Assembly (NCBI RefSeq): GCF_009914755.1
Contig: NC_060942.1
DNA: 64,000 nucleotides
DNA from: the human T2T-CHM13v2.0 reference genome, Homo sapiens
Strand: one strand, 5' to 3'
Below are positions 49,601-62,400 of the stretch, piece by piece. The translations under genes and the position numbers were made by a program. The notes under the pieces are model-generated. The model saw only the letters and a list, made by a program, of their open reading frames with translations, was not told the origin of the DNA and searched no databases. The number at the start of each line of letters is the position of its first letter. Within the stretch, counting starts at the first letter, position 1.

Positions 49601-52600
49601 AAATCTAGACAGAAGCATTCTCAGAAACTTCTTTGGGATGTTTGCATTCAAGTCACAGAGTAGAACATTCCCTTTGGTAGAGCAGGTTTGAAACACTCTT
49701 TTTTTAGTATATGGAAGTGGACATTTGGAGCGCTTTCAGGCCTACGTTGGAAAAGGAAATATCTTCCCATAACAACTAGACAGAAGCATTCTCAGAAACT
49801 AGTTTCTGATGTGTGTCCTCAACTAACACAGTTGTACATTTCTTTAGACAGAACAGTTTTGAAACACTCTTTTTGTGGAATCTGCAAGTGGATACTGGGC
49901 TAGATTTGAGGATTTCGTTGGAAACGGGATTACATATAAAAAGCAGTCAGCAGCATTCTCAGAAAGTTCTTTGTGATGATTGCATTCAAGTCACAGAATT
50001 GAACATTCCCTTTCACAGAGCAGGTTTGAAACACTCTTTTTGTAGTGTGTGTAAGTGGACATTTGGAGCGCTTTCCGGCCTAAGGTGAAAAAGGACATAT
50101 CTTCCCATAAAAACTAGACAGAAGCATTCTCAGAAACTTACTCGTGATGTGTGTCCTCAACTAAAGGAGTAGAACCTTTCTATTCATAGAGAAGTTTTGA
50201 AACGCTCTTTTTGTGGAATCTCCAAGTGGATATTTGGCTAGTTTTGAGGATTTCGTTGGAAGCGGGAATTCATACAAATTGCAGACTGCAGCGTTCTGAG
50301 AAACATCTTTGTGATGTTTGTATTCAAGACACAGAGATGAACATTCCCTATCATAGAGCATGTTGGAATCACTCCTTTTGTAGTATCTGGAAGTGGACAT
50401 TTGGAGCGCTTTCAGGCCTATGTTGAAAAAGGAAATATCGTCCCATACCAACTAGACACAAGCATTCTCAGAAACTTGTTTGTGATGTGTGCCCTCTACT
50501 GACAGAGTTGAACCTTTCTTTTCATAGAGCAGTTTTGAAACACTCTTTTTGTAGAATCCGCAAGAGGATATTTGCATAGCTTTGAGGATTTCGTGGGAAA
50601 CGGGATTGTCTTCAGGTAAAATCTAGACAGAAGCATTCTCAGAAACTTCTTTGGGATGTTTGCATTCAAGTCACAGAGTAGAACATTCCCTTTGGTAGAG
50701 CAGGTTTGAAACACTCTTTTTGTAGTATCTGGAAGTGGACATTTGGAGCGCTTTCAGGCCCATGTTGGAAAGGGAAATATCTTCCCGTAACAACTAGGCA
50801 GAAGCATTCTCAGAAACTTATTTGAGATGTGTGGACTCAACGAAGAGAATTGAACCACCGTTTTGAAGGAGCAGTTTTGAAACACTCTTTTTCTGGAATC
50901 TGCAAGAGTATATTTGCCTAGCCTTGAGGATTTCGTTGGAAACGGGATTGTCTTCAGATAAAATCTAGACAGAAGCATTCTCAGAAACTTCTTTGGGATG
51001 TTTGCATTCAAGTCACAGAGTAGAACATTCCCTTTGGTAGAGCAGGTTTGAAACACTCTTTTTTTAGTATATGGAAGTGGACATTTGGAGCGCTTTCAGG
51101 CCTACGTTGGAAAAGGAAATATCTTCCCATAACAACTAGACAGAAGCATTCTCAGAAACTAGTTTCTGATGTGTGTCCTCAACTAACACAGTTGTACATT
51201 TCTTTAGACAGAACAGTTTTGAAACACTCTTTTTGTGGAATCTGCAAGTGGATACTGGGCTAGATTTGAGGATTTCGTTGGAAACGGGATTACATATAAA
51301 AAGCAGACAGCAGCATTCTCAGAAAGTTCTTTGTGATGATTGCATTCAAGTCACAGAATTGAACATTCCCTTTCACAGAGCAGGTTTGAAACACTCTTTT
51401 TGTAGTGTGTGCAAGTGGACATTTGGAGCGCTTTCCGGCCTAAGGTGAAAAAGGACATATCTTCCCATAAAAACTAGACAGAAGCATTCTCAGAAACTTA
51501 CTCGTGATGTGTGTCCTCAACTAAAGGAGTAGAACCTTTCTATTCATGGAGAAGTTTTGAAACGCTCTTTTTGTGGAATCTCCAAGTGGATATTTGGCTA
51601 GTTTTGAGGATTTCGTTGGAAGCGGGAATTCATCCAAATTGCAGACTGCAGCGTTCTGAGAAACATCTTTGTGATGTTTGTATTCAAGACACAGAGATGA
51701 ACATTCCCTATCATAGAGCATGTTGGAATCACTCCTTTTGTAGTATCTGTAAGTGGACATTTGGAGCGCTTTCAGGCCTATGTTGAAAAAGGAAATATCT
51801 TCCCATAACAACTAGACACAAGCATTCTCAGAAACTTGTTTGTGATGTGTGCCCTCTACTGACAGAGTTGAACCTTTCTTTTCATAGAGCAGTTTTGAAA
51901 CACTCTTTTTGTAGAATCCGCAAGAGGATATTTGCATAGTTTTGAGGATTTCGTGGGAAACGGGATTGTCTTCAGGTAAAATCTAGACAGAAGCATTCTC
52001 AGAAACTTCTTTGGGATGTTTGCATTCAAGTCACAGAGTAGAACATTCCCTTTGGTAGAGCAGGTTTGAAACACTCTTTTTGTAGTATCTGGAAGTGGAC
52101 ATTTGGAGCGCTTTCAGGCCCATGTTGGAAAGGGAAATATCTTCCCGTAACAACTAGGCAGAAGCATTCTCAGAAACTTATTTGAGATGTGTGTACTCAA
52201 CTAAGAGAATTGAACCACCGTTTTGAAGGAGCAGTTTTGAAACACTCTTTTTCTGGAATCTGCAAGAGTATATTTGCCTAGCCTTGAGGATTTCGTTGGA
52301 AACGGGATTGTCTTCAGATAAAATCTAGACAGAAGCATTCTCAGAAACTTCTTTGGGATGTTTGCATTCAAGTCACAGAGTAGAACATTCCCTTTGGTAG
52401 AGCAGGTTTGAAACACTCTTTTTGTAGTATCTGGAAGTGGACATTTGGAGCGCTTTCAGGCCTACGTTGGAAAAGGAAATATCTTCCCATAACAACTAGA
52501 CAGAAGCATTCTCAGAAACTAGTTTCTGATGTGTGTCCTCAACTAACACAGTTGAACTTTTCTTTAGACAGAACAGTTTTGAAACACTCTTTTTGTGGAA

Positions 52601-55600
52601 TCTGCAAGTGGATATTGGGCTAGATTTGAGGATTTCGTTGGAAACGGGATTACATATAAAAAGCAGACAGCAGCATTCTCAGAAAGTTCTTTGTGATGAT
52701 TGCATTCAAGTCACAGAATTGAACATTCCCTTTCACAGAGCAGGTTTGAAACACTCTTTTTGTAGTGTGTGTAAGTGGACATTTGGAGCGCTTTCCGGCC
52801 TAAGGTGAAAAAAGAAATATCTTCCCATAAAAACTAGACAGAAGCATCCTCCGAAACTTACTCGGGATGTGTTTCCTCAACTAAAGGAGTAGAACCTTTC
52901 TATTCATAGAGAAGTTTTGAAACGCTCTTTTTGTGGAATCTCCAAGTGGATATTTGGCTAGTTTTGAGGATTTCGTTGGAAGCGGGAATTCATACAAATT
53001 GCAGACTGCAGCGTTCTGAGAAACATCTTTGTGATGTTTGTATTCAGGACACAGAGATGAACATTCCCTATCATAGAGCAGGTTGGAATCACTCCTTTTG
53101 TAGTATCTGGAAGTGGACATTTGGAGCGCTTTCAGGCCTATGTTGAAAAAGGAAATATCTTCCCATAACAACTAGACACAAGCATTCTCAGAAACTTGTT
53201 TGTGATGTGTGCCCTCTACTGACAGAGTTGAACCTTTCTTTTCATAGAGCAGTTTTGAAACACTATTTTTGTAGAATCTGCAAGAGGATATTTGCATAGC
53301 TTTGAGGATTTCGTGGGAAACGGGATTGTCTTCAGTTAAAATCTAGACAGAAGCATTCTCAGAAACTTCTTTGGGATGTTTGCATTCAAGTCACAGAGTA
53401 GAACATTCCCTTTGGTAGAGCAGGTTTGAAACACTCTTTTTGTAGTATCTGGAAGTGGACATTTGGAGCGCTTTCAGGCCCATGTTGGAAAGGGAAATAT
53501 CTTCCCGTAACAACTAGGCAGAAGCATTCTCAGAAACGTATTTGAGATGTGTGGACTCAACGAAGAGAATTGAACCACCGTTTTGAAGGAGCAGTTTTGA
53601 AACACTCTTTTTCTGGAATCTGCAAGAGTATATTTGCCTAGCCTTGAGGATTTCGTTGGAAACGGGATTGTCTTCAGATAAAATCTAGACAGAAGCATTC
53701 TCAGAAACTTCTTTGGGATGTTTGCATTCAAGTCACAGAGTAGAACATTCCCTTTGGTAGAGCAGGTTTGAAACACTCTTTTTTTAGTATATGGAAGTGG
53801 ACATTTGGAGCGCTTTCAGGCCTACGTTGGAAAAGGAAATATCTTCCCATAACAACTAGACAGAAGCATTCTCAGAAACTAGTTTCTGATGTGTGTCCTC
53901 AACTAACACAGTTGTACATTTCTTTAGACAGAACAGTTTTGAAACACTCTTTTTGTGGAATCTGCAAGTGGATATTGGGCTAGATTTGAGGATTTCGTTG
54001 GAAACGGGATTACATATAAAAAGCAGACAGCAGCATTCTCAGAAAGTTCTTTGTGATGATTGCATTCAAGTCACAGAATTGAACATTCCCTTTCACAGAG
54101 CAGGTTTGAAACACTCTTTTTGTAGTGTGTGTAAGTGGACATTTGGAGCCCTTTCCGGCCTAAGGTGAAAGAGGAAATATCTTCCCATAAAAACTAGACA
54201 GAAGCATTCTCAGAAACTTACTCGTGATGTGTGTCCTCAACTAAAGGAGTAGAACCTTTCTATTCATAGAGAAGTTTTGAAACGCTCTTTTTGTGGAATC
54301 TCCAAGTGGATATTTGGCTAGTTTTGAGGATTTCTTTGGAAGCGGGAATTCATACAAATTGCAGACTGCAGCGTTCTGAGAAACATCTTTGTGATGTTTG
54401 TATTCAGGACACAGAGATGAACATTCCCTATCATAGAGCATGTTGGAATCACTCCTTTTGTAGCATCTGGAAGTGGACATTTGGAGCGCTTTCAGGCCTA
54501 TGTTGAAAAAGGAAATATCTTCCCATAAAAACTAGACACAAGCATTCTCAGAAACTTGTTTGTGATGTGTGCCCTCTACTGACAGAGTTGAACCTTTCTT
54601 TTCATAGAGCAGTTTTGAAACACTCTTTTTGTAGAATCCGCAAGAGGATATTTGCATAGCTTTGAGGATTTCGTGGGAAACGGGATTGTCTTCAGGTAAA
54701 ATCTAGACAGAAGCATTCTCAGAAACTTCTTTGGGATGTTTGCATTCAAGTCACAGAGTAGAACATTCCCTTTGGTAGAGCAGGTTTGAAACACTCTTTT
54801 TGTAGTATCTGGAAGTGGACATTTGGAGCGCTTTCAGGCCCATGTTGGAAAGGGAAATATCTTCCCGTAACAACTAGGCAGAAGCATTCTCAGAAACTTA
54901 TTTGAGATGTGTGGACTCAACGAAGAGAATTGAACCACCGTTTTGAAGGAGCAGTTTTGAAACACTCTTTTTCTGGAATCTGCAAGAGTATATTTGCCTA
55001 GCCTTGAGGATTTCGTTGGAAACGGGATTGTCTTCAGATAAAATCTAGACAGAAGCATTCTCAGAAACTTCTTTGGGATGTTTGCATTCAAGTCACAGAG
55101 TAGAACATTCCCTTTGGTAGAGCAGGTTTGAAACACTCTTTTTTTAGTATATGGAAGTGGACATTTGGAGCGCTTTCAGGCCTACGTTGGAAAAGGAAAT
55201 ATCTTCCCATAACAACTAGACAGAAGCATTCTCAGAAACTAGTTTCTGATGTGTGTCCTCAACTAACACAGTTGAACTTTTCTTTAGACAGAACAGTTTT
55301 GAAACACTCTTTTTGTGGAATCTGCAAGTGGATATTGGGCTAGATTTGAGGATTTCGTTGGAAAAGGGATAACATATAAAAAGCAGACAGCAGCATTCTC
55401 AGAAAGTTCTTTGTGATGATTGCATTCAAGTCACAGAATTGAACATTCCCTTTCACAGAGCAGGTTTGAAACACTCTTTTTGTAGTGTGTGTAAGTGGAC
55501 ATTTGGAGCGCTTTCCGGCCTAAGGTGAAAAAAGAGATATCTTCCCATAAAAACTAGACAGAAGCATTCTCAGAAACTTACTCGTGATGTGTTTCCTCAA

Positions 55601-58600
55601 CTAAAGGAGTAGAACCTTTCTATTCATGGAGAAGTTTTGAAACGCTCTTTTTGTGGAATCTCCAAGTGGATATTTGGCTAGTTTTGAGGATTTCGTTGGA
55701 AGCGGGAATTCATACAAATTGCAGACTGCAGCGTTCTGAGAAACATCTTTGTGATGTTTGTATTCAGGACACAGAGATGAACATTCCCTATCATAGAGCA
55801 GGTTGGAATCACTCCTTTTGTAGTATGTGGAAGTGGACATTTGGAGCGCTTTCAGGCCTATGTTGAAAAAGGAAATATCTTCCCATAACAACTAGACACA
55901 AGCATTCTCAGAAACTTGTTTGTGATGTGTGCCCTCTACTGACAGAGTTGAACCTTTCTTTTCATAGAGCAGTTTTGAAACACTCTTTTTGTAGAATCCG
56001 CAAGAGGATATTTGCATAGCTTTGAGGATTTCGTGGGAAACGGGATTGTCTTCAGGTAAAATCTAGACAGAAGCATTCTCAGAAACTTCTTTGGGATGTT
56101 TGCATTCAAGTCACAGAGTAGAACATTCCCTTTGGTAGAGCAGGTTTGAAACACTCTTTTTGTAGTATCTGGAAGTGGACATTTGGAGCGCTTTCAGGCC
56201 CATGTTGGAAAGGGAAATATCTTCCCGTAACAACTAGGCAGAAGCATTCTCAGAAACTTATTTGAGATGTGTGTACTCAACGAAGAGAATTGAACCACCG
56301 TTTTGAAGGAGCAGTTTTGAAACCCTCTTTTTCTGGAATCTGCAAGAGTATATTTGCCTAGCCTTGAGGATTTCGTTGGAAACGGGATTGTCTTCAGATA
56401 AAATCTAGACAGAAGCATTCTCAGAAACTTCTTTGGGATGTTTGCATTCAAGTCACAGAGTAGAACATTCCCTTTGGTAGAGCAGGTTTGAAACACTCTT
56501 TTTTTAGTATATGGAAGTGGACATTTGGAGCACTTTCAGGCCTACGTTGGAAAAGGAAATATCTTCCCATAACAACTAGACAGAAGCATTCTCAGAAACT
56601 AGTTTCTGATGTGTGTCCTCAACTAACACAGTTGAACTTTTCTTTAGACAGAACAGTTTTGAAACACTCTTTTTGTGGAATCTGCAAGTGGATATTGGGT
56701 TAGATTTGAGGATTTCGTTGGAAAGGGGATTACATATAAAAAGCAGACAGCAGCATTCTCAGAAAGTTGTTTGTGATGATTGCATTCAAGTCACAGAATT
56801 GAACATTCCCTTTCACAGAGCAGGTTTGAAACACTCTTTTTGTAGTGTGTGTAAGTGGACATTTGGAGCGCTTTCCGGCCTAAGGTGAAAAAGGACATAT
56901 CTTCCCATAAAAACTAGACAGAAGCATTCTCAGAAACTTACTCGTGATGTGTGTCCTCAACTAAGGGAGTAGAACCTTTCTATTCATAGAGAAGTTTTGA
57001 AACGCTCTTTTTGTGGAATCTCCAAGTGGATATTTGCCTAGTTTTGAGGATTTCGTTGGAAGCGGGAATTCATACAAATTGCAGACTGCAGCGTTCTGAG
57101 AAACATCTTTGTGATGTTTGTATTCAAGACACAGAGATGAACATTCCCTATCATAGAGCATGTTGGAATCACTCCTTTTGTAGTATCTGGAAGTGGACAT
57201 TTGGAGCGCTTTCAGGCCTATGTTGAAAAAGGAAATATCTTCCCATAAAAACTAGACACAAGCATTCTCAGAAACTTGTTTGTGATGTGTGCCCTCTACT
57301 GACAGAGTTGAACCTTTCTTTTCATAGAGCAGTTTTGAAACACTCTTTTTGTAGAATCCGCAAGAGGATATTTGCATAGCTTTGAGGATTTCGTGGGAAA
57401 CGGGATTGTCTTCAGGTAAAATCTAGACAGAAGCATTCTCAGAAACTTCTTTGGGATGTTTGCATTCAAATCACAGAGTAGAACATTCCCTTTGGTAGAG
57501 CAGGTTTGAAACACTCTTTTTGTAGTATCTGGAAGTGGACATTTGGAGCGCTTTCAGGCCCATGTTGAAAAGGGAAATATCTTCCCGTAACAACTAGGCA
57601 GAAGCATTCTCAGAAACTTATTTGAGATGTGTGTACTCAACTAAGAGAATTGAACCACCGTTTTGAAGGAGCAGTTTTGAAACCCTCTTTTTCTGGAATC
57701 TGCAAGAGTATATTTGCCTAGCCTTCAGGATTTCGTTGGAAACGGGATTGTCTTCAGATAAAATCTAGACAGAAGCATTCTCAGAAACTTCTTTGGGATG
57801 TTTGCATTCAAGTCACAGAGTAGAACATTCCCTTTGGTAGAGCAGGTTTGAAACACTCTTTTTTTAGTATATGGAAGTGGACATTTGGAGCGCTTTCAGG
57901 CCTACGTTGGAAAAGGAAATATCTTCCCATAACAACTAGACAGAAGCATTCTCAGAAACTAGTTTCTGATGTGTGTCCTCAACTAACACAGTTGTACATT
58001 TCTTTAGACAGAACAGTTTTGAAACACTTTTTTTGTGGAATCTGCAAGTGGATATTGGGCTAGATTTGAGGATTTCGTTGGAAACGGGATTACATATAAA
58101 AAGCAGACAGCAGCATTCTCAGAAAGTTCTTTGTGATGATTGCATTCAAGTCACAGAATTGAACATTCCCTTTCACAGAGCAGGTTTGAAACACACTTTT
58201 TGTAGTGTGTGTAAGTGGACATTTGGAGCGCTTTCCGGCCTAAGGTGAAAAAGGAAATATCTTCCCATAAAAACTAGACAGAAGCATTCTCAGAAACTTA
58301 CTCGTGATGTGTGTCCTCAACTAAAGGAGTAGAACCTTTCTATTCATAGAGAAGTTTTGAAACGCTCTTTTTGTGGAATCTCCAAGTGGATATTTGGCTA
58401 GTTTTGAGGATTTCGTTGGAAGCGGGAATTCATACAAATTGCAGTCTGCAGCGTTCTGAGAAACATGTTTGTGATGTTTGTATTCAGGACACAGAGATGA
58501 ACATTCCCTATCATAGAGCAGGTTGGAATCACTCCTTTTGTAATATCTGGAAGTGGACATTTGGAGCGCTTTCAGGCCTATGTTGAAAAAGGAAATATCT

Positions 58601-58630
58601 TCCCATAACAACTAGACACAAGCATTCTCA
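43671..58630 (+). repeat. Super-HOR duplication copy 2 (11 HORs, 14,960 bp); boundaries +/- ~90 bp
   Basis: Paired markers include 28495/44815, 31760/46720, 40405/55365, 41765/56725 and 43583/58543. Confidence 0.9.
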
Positions 58631-59460
58631 GAAACTTGTTTGTGATGTGTGCCCTCTACTGACAGAGTTGAACCTTTCTTTTCATAGAGCAGTTTTGAAA
58701 CACTCTTTTTGTAGAATCCGCAATAGGATATTTGCATAGCTTTGAGGATTTCGTGGGAAACGGGATTGTCTTCAGGTAAAATCTAGACAGAAGCATTCTC
58801 AGAAACTTCTTTGGGATGTTTGCATTCAAGTCACAGAGTAGAACATTCCCTTTGGTAGAGCAGGTTTGAAACACTCTTTTTGTAGTATCTGGAAGTGGAC
58901 ATTTGGAGCGCTTTCAGGCCCATGTTGGAAAGGGAAATATCTTCCCGTAACAACTAGGCAGAAGCATTCTCAGAAACTTATTTGAGATGTGTGTACTCAA
59001 CTAAGAGAATTGAACCACCGTTTTGAAGGAGCAGTTTTGAAACACTCTTTTTCTGGAATCTGCAAGAGTATATTTGCCTAGCCTTGAGGATTTCGTTGGA
59101 AACGGGATTGTCTTCAGATAAAATCTAGACAGAAGCATTCTCAGAAACTTCTTTGGGATGTTTGCATTCAAGTCACAGAGTAGAACATTCCCTTTGGTAG
59201 AGCAGGTTTGAAACAGTCTTTTTTTAGTATATGGAAGTGTACATTTGGAGCGCTTTCAGGCCTACGTTGGAAAAGGAAATATCTTCCCATAACAACTAGA
59301 CAGAAGCATTCTCAGAAACTAGTTTCTGATGTGTGTCCTCAACTAACACAGTTGTACATTTCTTTAGACAGAACAGTTTTGAAACACTCTTTTTGTGGAA
59401 TCTGCAAGTGGATATTGGGCTAGATTTGAGGATTTCGTTGGAAACGGGATTACATATAAA

Positions 59461-62400
59461 TAGCAGTCAGCAGCATTCTCAGAAAGTTCTTTGTGATGAT
59501 TGCATTCAAGTCACAGAATTGAACATTCCCTTTCATAGAGCAGGTTTGAAACACTCTTTTTGTAGTGTGTGTAAGTGGACATTTGGAGCGCTTTCCGGCC
59601 TAAGGTGAAAAAGGACATATCTTCCCATAAAAACTAGACAGAAGCATTCTCAGAAACTTACTCGTGATGTGTGTCCTCAACTAAAGGAGTAGAACCTTTC
59701 TATTCATAGAGAAGTTTTGAAACGCTCTTTTTGTGGAATCTCCAAGTGGATATTTGGCTAGTTTTGAGGATTTCGTTGGAAGCGGGAATTCATACAAATT
59801 GCAGACTGCAGCGTTCTGAGAAACATCTTTGTGATGTTTGTATTCAAGACACAGAGATGAACATTCCCTATCATAGAGCATGTTGGAATCACTCCTTTTG
59901 TAGTATCTGGAAGTGGACATTTGGAGCGCTTTCAGGCCTATGTTGAAAAAGGAAATATCTTCCCATAACAACTAGACACAAGCATTCTCAGAAACTTGTT
60001 TGTGATGTGTGCCCTCTACTGACAGAGTTGAACCTTTCTTTTCATAGAGCAGTTTTGAAACACTCTTTTATAGAATCCGCAAGAGGATATTTGCATAGCT
60101 TTGAGGATTTCGTGGGAAACGGGATTGTCTTCAGGTAAAATGTAGACAGAAGCATTCTCAGAAACTTCTTTGGGATGTTTGCATTCAAGTCACAGAGTAG
60201 AACATTCCCTTTGGTAGAGCAGGTTTGAAACACTCTTTTTGTAGTATCTGGAAGTGGACATTTGGAGCGCTTTCAGGCCCATGTTGGAAAGGGAAATATC
60301 TTCCCGTAACAACTAGGCAGAAGCATTCTCAGAAACGTTTTTGAGATGTGTGTACTCAACTAAGAGAATTGAACCACCGTTTTGAAGGAGCAGTTTTGAA
60401 ACCCTCTTTTTCTGGAATCTGCAAGAGTATATTTGCCTAGCCTTGAGGATTTCGTTGGAAACGGGATTGTCTTCAGATAAAATCTAGACAGAAGCATTCT
60501 CAGAAACTTCTTTGGGATGTTTGCATTCAAGTCACAGAGTAGAATATTCCCTTTGGTAGAGCAGGTTTGAAACACTCTTTTTTTAGTATATGGAATTGGA
60601 CATTTGGAGCGCTTTCAGGCCTACGTTGGAAAAGGAAATATCTTCCCATAACAACTAGACAGAAGCATTCTCAGAAACGAGTTTCTGATGTGTGTCCTCA
60701 ACTAACACAGTTGTACATTTCTTTAGACAGAACAGTTTTGAAACACTCTTTTTGTGGAATCTGCAAGTGGATATTTGGCTAGATTTGAGGATTTCGTTGG
60801 AAACGGGATTACATATAAAAAGCAGACAGCAGCATTCTCAGAAAGTTCTTTGTGATGATTGCATTCAAGTCACAGAATTGAACATTCCCTTTCACAGAGC
60901 AGGTTTGAAACACTCTTTTTGTAGTGTGTGTAAGTGGACATTTGGAGCGCTTTCCGGCCTAAGGTGAAAAAGGAAATATCTTCCCATAAAAACTAGACAG
61001 AAGCATTCTCAGAAACTTACTCGTGATGTGTGTCCTCAACTAAAGGAGTAGAACCTTTCTATTCATAGAGAAGTTTTGAAACGCTCTTTTTGTGGAATCT
61101 CCAAGTGGATATTTGGCTAGTTTTGAGGATTTCGTTGGAAGCGGGAATTCATACAAATTGCAGACTGCAGCGTTCTGAGAAACATCTTTGTGATGTTTCT
61201 ATTCAGGACACAGAGATGAACATTCCCTATCATAGAGCAGGTTGGAATCACTCCTTTTGTAGTATCTGGAAGTGGACATTTGGAGCGCTTTCAGGCCTAT
61301 GTTGAAAAAGGAAATATCTTCCCATAACAACTAGACACAAGCATTCTCAGAAACTTGTTTGTGTTGTGTGCCCTCTACTGACAGAGTTGAACCTTTCTTT
61401 TCATAGAGCAGTTTTGAAACACTCTTTTTGTAGAATCCGCAAGAGGATATTTGCATAGCTTTGAGGATTTCGTGGGAAACGGGATTGTCTTCAGGTAAAA
61501 TCTAGACAGAAGCATTCTCAGAAACTTCTTTGGGATGTTTGCATTCAAGTCACAGAGTAGAACATTCCCTTTGGTAGAGCAGGTTTGAAACACTCTTTTT
61601 GTAGTATCTGGAAGTGGACATTTGGAGCGCTTTCAGGACCATGTTGGAAAGGGAAATATCTTCCCGTAACAACTAGGCAGAAGCATTCTCAGAAACTTAT
61701 TTGAGATGTGTGTACTCAACTAAGAGAATTGAACCACCGTTTTGAAGGAGCAGTTTTGAAACCCTCTTTTTCTGGAATCTGCAGGAGTATATTTGCCTAG
61801 CCTTGAGGATTTCGTTGGAAACGGGATTGTCTTCAGATAAAATCTAGACAGAAGCATTCTCAGAAACTTCTTTGGGATGTTTGCATTCAAGTCACAGAGT
61901 AGAACATTCCCTTTGGTAGAGCAGGTTTGAAACACTCTTTTTTTAGTATATGGAAGTGGACATTTGGAGCGCTTTCAGGCCTACGTTGGAAAAGGAAATA
62001 TCTTCCCATAACAACTAGACAGAAGCATTCTCAGAAACTAGTTTCTGATGTGTGTCCTCAACTAACACAGTTGTACATTTCTTTAGACAGAACAGTTTTG
62101 AAACACTCTTTTTGTGGAATCTGCAAGTGGATATTGGGCTAGATTTGAGGATTTCGTTGGAAACGGGATTACATATAAATAGCAGTCAGCAGCATTCTCA
62201 GAAAGTTCTTTGTGATGATTGCATTCAAGTCACAGAATTGAACATTCCCTTTCATAGAGCAGGTTTGAAACACTCTTTTTGTAGTGTGTGTAAGTGGACA
62301 TTTGGAGCGCTTTCCGGCCTAAGGTGAAAAAGGACATATCTTCCCATAAAAACTAGACAGAAGCATTCTCAGAAACTTACTCGTGATGTGTGTCCTCAAC

